Shown in pieces: positions 28,609 through 42,666 of a stretch of DNA of 64,000 nucleotides. The notes beneath the pieces were generated by a model. It worked only from the letters and a program-made list of their open reading frames with translations, searched no databases and was not told where the DNA came from. A program made the position numbers and the translations under genes. The first letter of the stretch is position 1. Every line of letters begins with the position of its first letter. The stretch spans positions 53,816,001-53,880,000 of the forward strand of contig OX597828.1 in assembly GCA_951406725.2 (NCBI GenBank). The letters are read 5' to 3'. This DNA is from Octopus vulgaris (taxonomy: Eukaryota).

Positions 28609-28644
28609 TTATTATTATTATTACTATTATTATTATTACTATTA

Positions 28645-28708
<64 letters not shown>

Positions 28709-28718
28709 TTTTTTTTTA

Positions 28719-28795
<77 letters not shown>

Positions 28796-28797
28796 GT

Positions 28798-28831
<34 letters not shown>

Positions 28832-28839
28832 ATTTTACT

Positions 28840-28886
<47 letters not shown>

Positions 28887-28896
28887 TTATTATTAT

Positions 28897-29490
28897 ATGT
28901 TTGACTTTCGTTTTGTATTTGTAAAAGTTGACTCCAAGTCTCACTCTGAGACCTCAAAAGACAACAAGTTAGAAGTTCATGTTGGCGTTACGCCTAGGGT
29001 GTCATATATTTGGTTTTGCACATAGTATTGTTCAAGAGAATGTTTAAAAATCATAAGAAAATTATAAGTTTCTTTTAAAATTTGAGATTAAATAGACAGT
29101 ATTTTACATAGGATATGGGCAATTCCCATGAGCACTACCTTTTGAATTTCTGCCATTTTGAGGTTTCCATGTATCTGAGCTAGGTAGGAATCAGCTCCTT
29201 TTGCTATCATTCCTAGGGCACCTATGACAACAGGTATTGTTTTAGTCTCGAGGTTCCACATTTAGCCATTTTCTATTTCAACATCTTTATACTTGCTCAG
29301 CTTCTGGTAGGTCTTGGCGGATATGTTTATATCGATTGGAACAGTCATATCAATGAGGAGGTATGATTTTTGTCTGAAGTCTTGCAATATAACGTCTGGC
29401 CTATTCGCATCTATCTTTCTGTCAGTTTGAATGGTGAAGTTCCAGAAGAGTGAGATGTGATCATCTTTAAGCACTGCAGGTGTTTTGTGT
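28897..29490 (-). mobile_element. Dong/R4 3' fragment: restriction-like endonuclease plus 3' UTR
   Basis: LFWNFTIQTDRKIDANRPDVIL..LLIDMTVP..KLSKYKD..IPVVIGALG (PD..D RLE motif); 3' end abuts (TTA)n. Confidence 0.9.
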
Positions 29491-29555
29491 TCCCACCACT
29501 TTTTATGATGGGGCTGGTCGAGGTTTTTGCAAATTACTCAGAGAATATACTGTTC

Positions 29556-29604
<49 letters not shown>

Positions 29605-29630
29605 GTTGTTGTTGTTGTTGTTGTTGTTGC

Positions 29631-29673
<43 letters not shown>

Positions 29674-30337
29674 ATTATTATTATTATCATTATTATTGTT
29701 ATTATTATTATTATTATCATTCCTACAGGAGGGTACAGGATATGCAGAATGTTGGACTAAATGCCTTGCACAGTCTTTACGTTCTAGGCTCAGTTGCTCC
29801 CAGGGTCAAGTTTGCAAATAATCTGTTGAGAGGGTGGGACGCTAAAATAAGTTACCCGGGTCTGATGTAACCGCAGCCACCATTTGAGATCATATAGTAA
29901 TAACTCCAAGTACCTCACGATTATCACTCTACCAGTCATGTTCTGGGGTCCGGTATAGTACAAGGGTGTCGTATATCATATCCCCCAAATAATCCTGGAC
30001 ACGTGACTATATAACAGATCACCGGCTGATGGTCGTCAAGTCGCCATAACCAACGTGGTTGTTGCTGCTGCAGTCGTTATTATAATTGTTGTGGCAGTCG
30101 CTGTATTATCACTCCCTTTCGTCTGGTTGTTGCTGTTGTTGTTGTTATTGTCGTCGTCGTTGTTGTTGTTGTTGATGATGATGATGATGATAAGGAGGAG
30201 GAGGAGGAGGAGGAGGATATCGTTGTCTTAAAGATATTTTGTTATTTTTGACGTCGTCAACGTGGTCATCAGCATCATCATCATCATCATCACCATCCTC
30301 ATCATCACTGTTCTGATAATTGTTGTCATCATCATCG

Positions 30338-30415
<78 letters not shown>

Positions 30416-30868
30416 ACATCATCACCATCACCATCCTCATCATCACTGTTTTGATAACTGTCGTCTCCATCGTCTTCGCCATTGACTTTCACCATTTTCG
30501 TTATCATCATCAGCATCGTCGTCGTCGTCATCATCAGGTTATTCAAAGCACCACTGAAAAGAGGTAGTGTCAGTTTTAATGTAAGTATTATTGCTTGTAC
30601 AAATCTCTGTGTGCGCATATGCATGGTGTGCGCGTGTGTGTGGATGTGTGAAAGAGTGTGGCTGTGTGTGTGTGTGTGTCTATGAGCTAATGTGTGTTCT
30701 TATGTGAATGTGCGTATGAATTGTGTGCGTGTTCCCACTTCCGAGGGTATCTATAAATATCCATTTTCAATTCCCTTACGTGTATGTATGTGTGTGTGTG
30801 TGTCTCTCTCTCTCTCTATATATATATATACATACATACACACACACATACATACATACATACATACA

Positions 30869-30904
<36 letters not shown>

Positions 30905-30962
30905 TATATATACATGCATATAAACGTACATACATACAAACACACAAACATACATACATACA

Positions 30963-31003
<41 letters not shown>

Positions 31004-31036
31004 ATATATATATGTATGTATGTATATATATGTATG

Positions 31037-31084
<48 letters not shown>

Positions 31085-31539
31085 TATATGCACGTATGTA
31101 CGTATATATTTATGTATATATGTATGTGTGTACGTATGTATGTATTTATTTCTGTATGTATGTATGTATGTATGTATGTATGTATGTATGTATGCATGAA
31201 ATTACGTATGCATGTATATGTAAATGTATGAGAACGTGTGTTTATATGCATGTGAGTCTGTAAGTGAAAATCTGCTGACCTGAAGCCTGAGGACAGGAAA
31301 GTGTAGAGTGTCACAAGTGGAAAGGCGGGTGCGCCGGAGGGTGGTGGGGGTGGTATTCGAACGTCCCATACAAAGAAAAAAGTATTTCTTGCAGCAGGAC
31401 AGAGAGAGTGAGAGAAAAGCTGCTCTTATGAATATTTTAGCTCGAAGGCATTTCTGCGACAAAAGATGGGATTATGCCATCATCAATAACACCAAAACAC
31501 TGTGGCGGAATGAATTTAAAGTCTATACATACATCCATG

Positions 31540-31590
<51 letters not shown>

Positions 31591-31674
31591 GTACGAGTAT
31601 GTTTGCTTGTGTGTGTGTGTGTGTGTGTGTGTGTGTCAAATATACAAATACATAATATATTTACATATTGATAC

Positions 31675-31726
<52 letters not shown>

Positions 31727-31739
31727 GTGTATATGTATG

Positions 31740-31778
<39 letters not shown>

Positions 31779-31814
31779 GTATATAAGTATATATGAGTGC
31801 GCGTGTGTGTGTAT

Positions 31815-31871
<57 letters not shown>

Positions 31872-32096
31872 TAGATGAATGAATAAATGCACATACACAA
31901 TCATACAAACATACATATATACAAACAGACATACATACAAACACACAAACATATATACACGCATGCATGCATGCATAGAAATACACATATGCATAAATAT
32001 GTGTGCAGGAAACGATAAGCAGGGAATAGGCAAAAGAGCTGAATGCATTTAAATATGCAAATTTATTCATTTCCATTTATGAATGTTAGTTTACAT

Positions 32097-32630
32097 ATCG
32101 GGTCATCCCATAAGTTCTGTCCGATTTTACCTTTTTCAAAATTGAATGAAATTTCATAGTATTTTTGAATGTCTAACGGAATTAAAAATTGTTTTTATGC
32201 ATTTGTGTACATTTTAAATAATTAAATATTATCTTAGAGAATAATAGAATAAAAATTTCTTTGATTAAAACCCTTTCTAACATGGAAGTATCCAAAGAGC
32301 ATTTAAGGCACATAATGCTTTATGAGTACAAAAAAGGAAACTCTGCAGCTGAAGCGACTCGAAACATACACTCAGTTTATGGGAAAGAATGCTTGAATGA
32401 AAGAACTTGCAGAAGATGGTTTGCAAAATTCAGAAGTGGAGATTTCAGCCTTGAAGTTGAAGATTGAACAGGACGTCCAGTCGAGTTTGATGATAAGCTC
32501 CTTGAGTCATTACTTAAAGAAAATCCTGCATTATCAGTTGAAGAATTGGCAATAAAGCTTTGTTCAAACCATGCCACGGTTCGTCGTCATCTTCAACAAC
32601 TTGGAAAGGTTCTTAAACCTTGAAAATGGC
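32097..32630 (+). mobile_element. 5' half of a mariner element (left TIR plus transposase HTH), truncated by a SINE
   Basis: TIR-like TATCGGGTCATCCCATAAGT; ATG 32282 MEVSKEHLRHIMLYEYKKGNSAAEATRNI..RRWFAKFRSGDFSLE..*TGRP. Confidence 0.9.
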
Positions 32631-32855
32631 TGTATATGTGTGTTTATCTGTCTGTGTTTGTCCCCTCCCCATCATCGCTTGACAACCGATGTTGGTGTGT
32701 TTGCGTCACCATAGCATAGCTGTTCGGCCAAAAAGACCGATAGATTAAGTACTAGACTTACAAATAATGAGTAGTGGGATAGATTTGTTCGACTAAAGGT
32801 AGTGTCCCAGCATGTCCGCACTCAAATGACTGAAACAATTAAAAGAGTAAAAGAA
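32630..32855 (+). mobile_element. SINE family A 3' half
   Basis: CATCGCTTGACAACCGATG..CAAATGACTGAAACA..AAAAGAGTAAAAGA. Confidence 0.8.
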
Positions 32856-33161
32856 CATGTGCTATATGCGTATATATGTATACGTATATCATACGGCCAT
32901 GTCACGCTGAGTGCACAGGTTCTCGTTCGATCATCGAAGTTAAGAAACGTCGAGAATAGTTGGTACTTAGATGAGTGGCCACTTTGGGAAACCGAGGTGC
33001 TGTAAGCATCTCACACATATATCAATATATGTATACATATGTGTGTGTATGTGTGTTTTTCTATGCGTATATGTGCATGTCTAATTTTGTTTAATTATTA
33101 TATAAGTAGATATACAGTATATATACCAACATAATTTATATGTGTGCGTGTGTGTGTGTGT

Positions 33162-33470
33162 GTGGAGGTGTAATGGCCCAGTGGTTAGGGCAGCGGACTC
33201 GCGGTTGTAGGATTGCGGTTTCGATTCCCAGACCGGGCGTTGTGAGTGTTTATTGAGCGAAAACACCTAAAGCGCCACGACGCTCCGGCAGGGGATGGGG
33301 GTGGCGATCCCTGCTGTACTCTTTCACCACAACTTTCTCTCACCCTTTCTTCTGTTGGCCTGCTCGCTTAGCCAGCGGGGTGGCGTCATTTGAAGGCTAA
33401 AACAATGCGAAGCGCATTGTGACCAGCGATGTGTAGTAACATCTGATAGTCTGGTCGGTCACGGTGATCA
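33162..33470 (+). mobile_element. tRNA-derived SINE (family D)
   Basis: A box TGGCCCAGTGG, B box GGTTTCGATTCCC; head shared with 61780-61955 (-). Confidence 0.85.
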
Positions 33471-33472
33471 CG

Positions 33473-33516
<44 letters not shown>

Positions 33517-33749
33517 TGTGTGCGCATATGCTTGCGTGTGTGTGTATTTACATATCGAGAAACTGACACACACACACACGCATGTGTGTGTGTATGTGTG
33601 TGAGTGTGTGTGTATTTGTTATAGACGCATCACCGACGGTGGATTTGTCAGGGTTGATGCAAGAATCTCACCTGCAGGAAATTACTCCTGTCGGAACAGA
33701 TTTATGATGAGGACTTACGTGACCTAACCATTTCGTTCTTTTCCGAACT

Positions 33750-34178
33750 CTTTTACTCTTTTACGTGTTTCAGTCATTTGACTGTGGCCATGCTGGAGCA
33801 CCGCCTTTAGTCGAGAAAATCAACCCCAAGACTTATTCTTTGTAAGCCTGGTACTTATTCTGTTTTGCCGAACCGCTAAGTTGCGGGGACGTAAACACAG
33901 CACCATCGGTTGTCAAGCGATGTTGAGGGGGACAAACACAGACACACAAACATGTACACGCACATACATACATTCATACATACATACATACATACATACA
34001 TATACATATACATATATACGACGGGCTTCTTTCAGTTTCCGTCTACCAAATCCACTCACAAGGCTTGGGTCGGCCCGAGGCTATAGTAGAAGACACTTGG
34101 CCAAAGTGCCATGCAGTGGGACTGAACCCGGACCCATGTGGTTGGTAAGCAAGCTACTTACCACACAGCCACTCCTAC
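33750..34178 (-). mobile_element. SINE family A, full length
   Basis: Colinear with 7495-7876. Confidence 0.9.
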
Positions 34179-34309
34179 GCTACATACTTACACATGCTTA
34201 TGTCGGGCTACATCTTCCAGGATGTCCTTCATTTACACGGCGATACGATATCATAGGAAAGACAACTGCTATTTCTAACGATGTCTTAGACACCCACTCT
34301 TTAACTTGA

Positions 34310-34311
34310 TA

Positions 34312-34361
<50 letters not shown>

Positions 34362-34730
34362 CGATGATGATGACGACGATGACGACGGCGACGACGAAGC
34401 ATCCGCCTGTCTATCCTTGTAGCACTGCTTCGCTTCAGTCGGCGGTCTCTATCCAAACCGAGGCTCGTCTCGCCTCTGCTGTTTGTTCGCTCTTCATCGA
34501 ATGTTCTGTTGTTGTATTCGAGGCCAGTAAATCTTCGATTTGATTGACGCATCACAACACACTGACATCACACTGTCTCCCCTACATCATCGGCAATCCC
34601 ACTTTTCGCTAGCCATCATCATCATCATCGTCGTCGTCGTCGTCATCAACACCATCATCGCCATCATCATGATCATGATCATCATCATCATTATCATCAT
34701 CATCATCATGACATCATCATCATGATCATG

Positions 34731-34779
<49 letters not shown>

Positions 34780-34978
34780 CCATCATCATCACGAACATCA
34801 CTTCTTCCCTTCCCCTAACAAACTCCCCAACACTATCGCCGCCACACAAATTTATATCGCGCTACCACCACCGCCACTACCAACACCACCACCACCACCA
34901 CTACCATCAACAACAACAACAAACCCATATCACATAGTCAATACTATGATGATGATGATAATGGTGACGATGAAGAAT

Positions 34979-35011
<33 letters not shown>

Positions 35012-35262
35012 TAGTGGTGGTTGTGGTGATGGTGGTGGTGGCGATGATGATGATGATGATGATGACGACGACGACGACGGCCGTGGCCTTAATCATTACT
35101 ATTCACATAATCACCACCACCACCACCACCACCACCACCACAATCACTACCACAACTACATTTTGTTATTATTTTTCTAGCATTACTACTACTACTACTA
35201 CTACTACTATTACTACTACTACTACTTCTACCACCACCACTACTACCACCACCACCACCACC

Positions 35263-35342
<80 letters not shown>

Positions 35343-35479
35343 ATATATCATCTCCACTAATTTCACAGCTACTACAATTTCTACTACTATTATTAATCAT
35401 CATTATTCTTAATGTTTATTAGTTTTTATGTTTATTATGTACTTCATCATCATATTATTGCTGTTGTTGTTGTTGCTGC

Positions 35480-35558
<79 letters not shown>

Positions 35559-36420
35559 GCTGGTGTTGCTATTTTTACGTTTTTTTGTTATATTTTCGTC
35601 CATATGTATTTTGTTTGCATGTAAACATATATGTCTGTGTGTATGTGTGTATTTGTGAGTGTGTGTGTGTGTATTTGTGAGTGTGTGTGTGTGTATTTGT
35701 GAGTGTGTGTGCGTGTATGTGTGTGTGTGCGTGTATGTGTGTTCTGACTATGATTTTGTGTGAGTTCGTGTGCTCGCGTATGTGTGCGTATGTATGTATG
35801 TATGCATGTATGTGTGTGAGTGTATGTATATAGTGATTCCGAGTATCGTGTATACATAAATATTTATATATATATATATATATATATTTATACACACTCG
35901 CATGTGTGTGTGTGTGTGTGTGCGTGTGTGCGTTTATTGAATTTTTGACGTTTTGTTTTTCCTCCCACTTTCACCCAGTTGCCCCTCCCCCTCATCCTGT
36001 TATACCTGCATCTTCTTCGCCATCTCCAGAAATCCAGGTACCCACCCCCGCTTACCACCACCACCACCACCACGACAGAAGCAACAACAACAACAACAAC
36101 ATCAATCGCCAACACCACTACTACCAATGCAACAAATACTGCTACCACCACTACTACAACCAACACCACCATCACTAATGCATTAACCATGTTCACTACC
36201 ACCACAACAGCAAAAGCAAGGTCACCACCACCATCACAAATATGTTGTTACCCATGGTCGAGACCACCACCAACACAACATCCTATACCACAATCACAAC
36301 TACAACCTCAACCACTACAATCACCGTTACATTAACTTCCTTCACCTGTAGCTCCACCACTAACACCACCACAAATATTGTCTACAAAAAATACTACATC
36401 TACTACTGCACCTACTACTA

Positions 36421-36464
<44 letters not shown>

Positions 36465-36502
36465 AATACTACTACTACTTCCACAACTATCACTACTACA
36501 AA

Positions 36503-36556
<54 letters not shown>

Positions 36557-36574
36557 AACTACTACTACTACTAC

Positions 36575-36634
<60 letters not shown>

Positions 36635-37010
36635 AACCGTCAAAACCGTTGCAGCCACCACCGCCGCTGCTCTACCAACATCACCACTGCAACAACCACT
36701 GCACTCAACACCAGCGTTTCCACCACTGCTACTACCACCGCTACAATAACCACCACCACCACCACCGATGCCACCGATGCCGCCGCCACCGACACCGACA
36801 CCGCCACATTTGTCACTACTACAACAACAACAACAACAGCCTCTATCGCCACCGCTACCAACCACACAACCATCACCAATACAATAACGAAACGTTCCAC
36901 CGACACCACCACCTCCTCGGCTGCCGCCGCCGCCACTACCGCCAACGCCACCACCGCCGCCGCCACCAGCCACCCCCCCTCTCCGCTGGAATGCAAAAGT
37001 GCAGCTAATG
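34310..37010. repeat. Mixed trinucleotide low-complexity block ((GAT)n, (CAT)n, (ACC)n, (ACT)n, (TAA)n, (GCT)n)
   Basis: Direct reading. Confidence 0.92.
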
Positions 37011-37095
37011 GGAAAAAGCTTTTAAGGTGGCACGACCATTACTTAAGATGGGAATACAGAGATTGTGGGAGAGTAGAAACGGTTCCAGTCACACT

Positions 37096-37151
<56 letters not shown>

Positions 37152-38044
37152 TTTACACATACACATGTATATGCACATGCACATTCACACAAGAAACATA
37201 TGCATACACGCATTCAAATAAACACACACACATGTAACACGCATATTCACAGAAACTCGTACAGAGAGACACACATGCACAAAGACACACACCAGCCTAT
37301 AGCCTCACACACACACACATGCGCATACACATATATACACATATATACGCATTATTCATTGACAAATCCACAATGCATATAAACACATTCATTCACGCGC
37401 ATATACATATGCATGTATAAATATATGCATATATATATATACATATATATATATGTAAATATATGTATATATATATATATGTTCATTTGTATCTATGTAT
37501 GTATACATATATAAATTATATATATATATACACACACACTCACACGCACACACACACACAAACGCACACACACATACATAAGCGCGTGATATTCAAAGCT
37601 TAGAAGCATACACACAAAGAAGCGTGCTCACAATGCCACAGAGGCACATTCCCACACAACGCCATTGACACGCGCACGAATGTCACACACATACACACAC
37701 ACACATGTATGTACGTATATATGTATGTATGTATACATATATACGTACATTTATATATACACACACACGAAATAACATGAACACATATATGCAGACACAT
37801 GCGCATGCATGTATATGTATGTATATATATAAATATATATATATAAAAATATATATATATAAATGTATATATATATATACATATATATATATATACATAA
37901 TATAATATATATATACATAATATATACGCGCACACACACACACACAAACATAAACACGTACGTATACACACTGACCCACATAAATTATATGTATACACCG
38001 GGGCACAGCGCTACGCGTGTGGTGTGACACATTGAGATGCATTG

Positions 38045-38084
<40 letters not shown>

Positions 38085-38343
38085 CTGTCTGTGTGTGTGT
38101 GTATGTATGTATGTATGTATGTATGTATGTATGTATGTATGTATGTATGTATGTAGCGTAAAATGATCGTACCAAATTACCGAAGTTATTCTTGTTGCTT
38201 ATTTTGATTATAATCACCCCATGGATTTATATGGATAACACCATACAAAATTCTGGTGCATCTAACTTAAGTACCATATTCATTTGAATCTGAATTTTGA
38301 TGAACTTATATATATACACAAAGATACACACACACACACACAC

Positions 38344-38481
<138 letters not shown>

Positions 38482-38488
38482 ACACAGA

Positions 38489-39750
38489 CAGGGTGCGTAA
38501 GGTATTTCAGGACATACCTTTTTGGGGTCACTGCTGCATTCTTTGCGAACTCTGTATAATCTTTGTTTCGGCAAATAATAATGCCAGACCCTCAGCTTGC
38601 CCAAGAAATGGAGAGGTCTGCTGTTACTGTGGTTGTTGAGGCTGAGCAAAGTGATTTAGAAATATCTCGAGTTTTAAAAGTTGCCAGATCTTTCGTCTAC
38701 AAAGTTTGTAAGGAGCTAGAGACTGAAGATGGTAACGTATCACCAGTATCAAAGCATAAAAAGCATTCTAAACGCTCTGAAATCATCAGAACACCTGAAT
38801 TTATCCAGAAAGTTCAACAGACCATTGATTTCAATACCAGAAAATCTATGAGGTCAATTGCAAAAGTTTCCATGTGTCAGAGGGAACAGTCAGAAATGTT
38901 GTCCACGAAGACATCAGATATAAGTCTTATATGATGAAGAAAAGTCAATTTGTCCCAAAATGCAAAAGAAAATCACTACATCAGACGTAAAATGTTCTTA
39001 AACAAACTGAAGTATCCAGCAGAAGAAGATTTGATTTGGTTTTTCTCAGGTGAGAAAAACTTCGACCAAGATCAAAAAGTTAACTGAAGAAATGACAGGT
39101 GGTTATGTGCAGATCCTTCTGAATTTCCAAGTGTTATGCATACAAAAACTTTCTGCAACTGTCATGGTGTTAAGGGTTGCCAGCAATGAAGGACATGTGA
39201 TGCCTCCTTACTTCTTTCCACAAAGCCTTAAAGTTAATGCTGCCGCCTACATTGAGGTCCTGGAAATAACTGTTAAGCCCTGGATAGACAGTGTATGCAA
39301 TGGAAGGCCGTGTGTGCTTCAGTAAGACTCTGAACTATCACACATAGTTCTAGTAACACAGGAATGGATGGCTGAAAATCTTGATGATCACAAAACCCCT
39401 AACATTTGGCCTCCTAATTACCCAGATCTCAATCCACTGGACTATTTCACGTGGAGCGTTGTTGAGAAAGGAGTCAATGAACATGCCCATAACACCATAG
39501 ATTTTATGAAAGCTGCCTTGGTCAGAGTAATGTCCAAAATGAACCAGGACCACTTGATTCGAGCATGTAGATGATTTAGATCTTATATAGAAGCAGTTGT
39601 TGAAGCTGAAGGTGGATTTATTGAATAACATTATAGAAAAGAAGGTTTATTTTTATCCTCATAGCATTTTTTGACAAATAGTTACTATCTGTAATTATAT
39701 ATTTGTTTTTTTTTTATATAATCATAAATCTGTCCTCAAATATCTTACAG
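38489..39750 (+). mobile_element. DD37D (maT-family) Tc1/mariner transposon, decayed
   Basis: Left TIR CAGGGTGCGTAAGGTATTTCAGGACA; right partial TGTCCTCAAATATCTTAC; transposase 38581-39628 with FSGEKNF, Q*DSELSH, WPPNYPDLNPLDY; 37 residues counted between 2nd and 3rd D. Confidence 0.9.
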
Positions 39751-40070
39751 GTGGGGCCCACTTAGAATTTTCTTCCGGTCGAGTAACACATCCCGCTCAA
39801 AAGGTCCCTGAATAAGGGTTGTTTAAGGATGTTGAAGGAACTACCTATGTTTCCAGAGGTGAGTTATTAAAACCCCAAAGAATCACTCTCAACACATGGC
39901 TATGACGCTCCTCCACTACTTCTGCTCGTGTTCAGAGATGCACATATCGTCAGCCACTAAGGGACATGCTCAACTGGTTATGGTCAAAAAACTGACAAGC
40001 AAAATCTGTGGTATTGAGCAGAATATTTGCTGTAGCCCATCTTTTATACCAAGATAAAACAATGTACATG
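39750..40070. repeat. Unclassified interspersed repeat ending at (ATT)n
   Basis: 39975-40035 is similar in reverse complement to 3710-3772 (AAATATTCT.CTCAATACCACA). Confidence 0.55.
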
Positions 40071-40071
40071 A

Positions 40072-40149
<78 letters not shown>

Positions 40150-40237
40150 CCCCCTCGTTGTAAATGTCACTGACAATTACAGCGAAAATTTTATTCCTTT
40201 TTTTCAACAAAATAGAATGCATACATACATACATACA

Positions 40238-40745
40238 TTATTATTATTATGGCTGACCCCTCGTTATCGATTATGGCCATTGCACGAAGCTTAACTGTTA
40301 CTGGTGCTGTAATCGAATGTGACTTTTTAGCCCAGCTAAAGATCTACAATGTCTTGTACAGAATTGGCAGCTAAAACCTTTACCGGTAATAGCCGGATGT
40401 AGTTGTAACTGGGCTTCATTTACCTTTGCATGTCGTTTAAGTCCTCCTGCCGAATTACAGTCTCTTCCACATGCCCAACAGATATGATTAGTATGGTGTG
40501 TTACACCACCCCCAGTGGCCAGGTTGTCACTCGTCTGCCTCGTTTTATGACTACGAAGATGACTCATGAGTCCAGCTTTACTGAGGCAGGGTCTTGCATA
40601 GACATTGCATGTCAGAATCAAAGGAAGACCCTTCTGGAAGGGTAACAGCGATGCCCTTCCTGACATCCCTCCTTACTTTCTCATGTGCAACTCGAGATTT
40701 CTCAAATGTGGCTGTCCCCTCATGCACAATCTTTCTCCACCAGCT
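40238..40745 (-). mobile_element. RTE-clade LINE 3' end with three C2H2-like zinc fingers, inserted in (TACA)n
   Basis: WRKIVHEGTATFEKSR (RTE C-terminal motif); CNVYARPCLSKAGLMSHLRSH, CWACGRDCNSAGGLKRHAKVN, CQFCTRHCRSLAGLKSHIRLQH; short (TAA)n tail. Confidence 0.82.
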
Positions 40746-41625
40746 ACATACATACATACATACATACATACATACATACATACATACATACATACATACA
40801 TAGTTAAGATTCAGTTGAGTTAGGTACTTAAGTTGAGGCTCCAAAATCAGTCCGGTATGGTCCGCACAGTTCGAAGTTAAGTGAATAAAAAGCAAATAAG
40901 AAACAAGGACGTCCAGGTATCAGTGCATTACGGCCGTTTCAAGCTAGATCGCGCTTTGATTTCCGGACCGGGCACGTTGTGTTCTTGAGAGAAACACATC
41001 ATATCATGTTGCTCTGCGTTCGGGAGAGTGGCAACTTCTGAGACATATTCTTTTTATGTAGACATGGCTTGTTTCATGGTCCCAATAAAATAGGGGTAGA
41101 GGGATTATCTGGCATTCATTAATTTATCACCACCAACAAGAACTTAACGGTCAATTCCCATTGGATTTAATTCTAAGTGCTTGTAAACAACAGGCTGCAT
41201 TGAGGCTCTTGAATGTGATAAGGATAAAGATGAATGTAGCTGTGTCACCATTCCTCTTTCTTGACCCACATTGTTTTCTTCTGTTACTCTAAATTATAGT
41301 AGGTTTTTAAGTACATTTTCCTTAAATTCATTCTGCCACAAATTTGCTAAATATATATATATACATATTCTCCTCCTCCTCCTCCTCCTCCTTCTTCTTC
41401 TTCTTCTTCTTCTTCTTCTTCTTCTTCTTCTTCTTCTTCTTCTTCTTCTTCTTCTTCTTCTTCTTCCCTATCAAGAATTCACAAAGACCCCGAACCCACA
41501 AGAGTAAACAAGAGAGACAGAGACAGGCAGAAACAAGGAAAATGCTACTTGTTTTTGAACATTATACAAATATTCTTTTTAAAAATCTTTTCTTTTATTT
41601 TTTCCAAATATAATTGTTTTCCATA

Positions 41626-41668
41626 CTTACAGTTGAAAAAATCTCAATGACTGAAACCGGTACTGAAA
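41626..41668 (+). ncRNA. Hammerhead-like motif (U3:A8 variant), different family
   Basis: CAG-TTGAAAA-AATC TCAAT GACT-GAAA-CCGG-TA-CTG; near (TA)n; one mismatch in stem II. Confidence 0.55.
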
Positions 41669-41715
41669 TGTTTTTTATAAAATTATTTTAGCATTTTCTA
41701 TCTTGACTTTTTTTC

Positions 41716-41806
<91 letters not shown>

Positions 41807-42666
41807 GTGTATCGTGTATGTTGAAAATCTATATGGTCACATGCGTCCGAGGAGAGCGGTTTATTTCAAATTGATGTAATGTTTTCATTGATCGATTAAA
41901 TGGAGCCGCTTGAAACGGCCACAGTGCATATTTGTCATTTACACAACGCTATTCTCCCCTTCCCTGATATCAGCCACACTCAATATGCCACCATATTTCC
42001 CTCTAACTAACACTCTTTGCACCATTCTCCTTTTATCAAATAGTAGCATAAACCCCCACCTAGGCAGCCCATTATAGATTTTTATTGAAAATCCATTTAG
42101 CCTAACTGGATGTTAGTTTAACATGTATGCAAATTTTCAAGATTGGTTCACTGGTGTAGGCAGCAAGATGGTAACAGACAGATCAACAGACAGAAATTGC
42201 CATTTATGTAAAATATATATATATACATATATATAAAATACAAAATGGAACAAGAACGCTAAACATCCAGAGAGTTAGGTGATATAAAAAAGGGACAACA
42301 AAACATCCAGATAAACGATTCAAAGATAAAACAAGGACGGGTAATTCGGAGTTTTTTTCCTCAGTCGAGTTCCAGATTATCTTTGCAATTTCAGCAGTTT
42401 ATAATCGAGATTGCTCCAATCTGGCCAGCCCCTTGAAAGTATCTAATCTAACATGTATGTTAGAATATATACATGTATATATTCTAACATACATACATAC
42501 ATACACACATACATGCATGCATACATACATACATACATACATACATACATACATACATACATGCATACATACATACATACATAAACGAGTTTTTGTATGT
42601 GCGGGCGTACCCGTGTGTATCCGAAGTTTCAGTTTGCTGAAGTTTAATAAATATGCATACATACAA

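Noticed and set aside
33162-33240. tRNA genes at SINE heads (also 61880-61955, 48918, 13758)
   Set aside because: A/B boxes are present but continue into SINE bodies; no complete cloverleaf.
33620-33745. Possible small exon or C/D snoRNA (ATGATGA)
   Set aside because: No matching D box with terminal stem and no consistent acceptor/donor pair.
36332-37008. Gly/Cys-rich 213-aa ORF and overlapping Thr/His-rich ORFs
   Set aside because: Open in several frames on both strands because of trinucleotide repeats; no recognisable domain or splice context.
40298-40666. Host C2H2 zinc-finger gene
   Set aside because: Lacks TGEKP linkers, follows an RTE C-terminal motif with a frameshift and ends in a LINE-like tail, so assigned to a retrotransposon.
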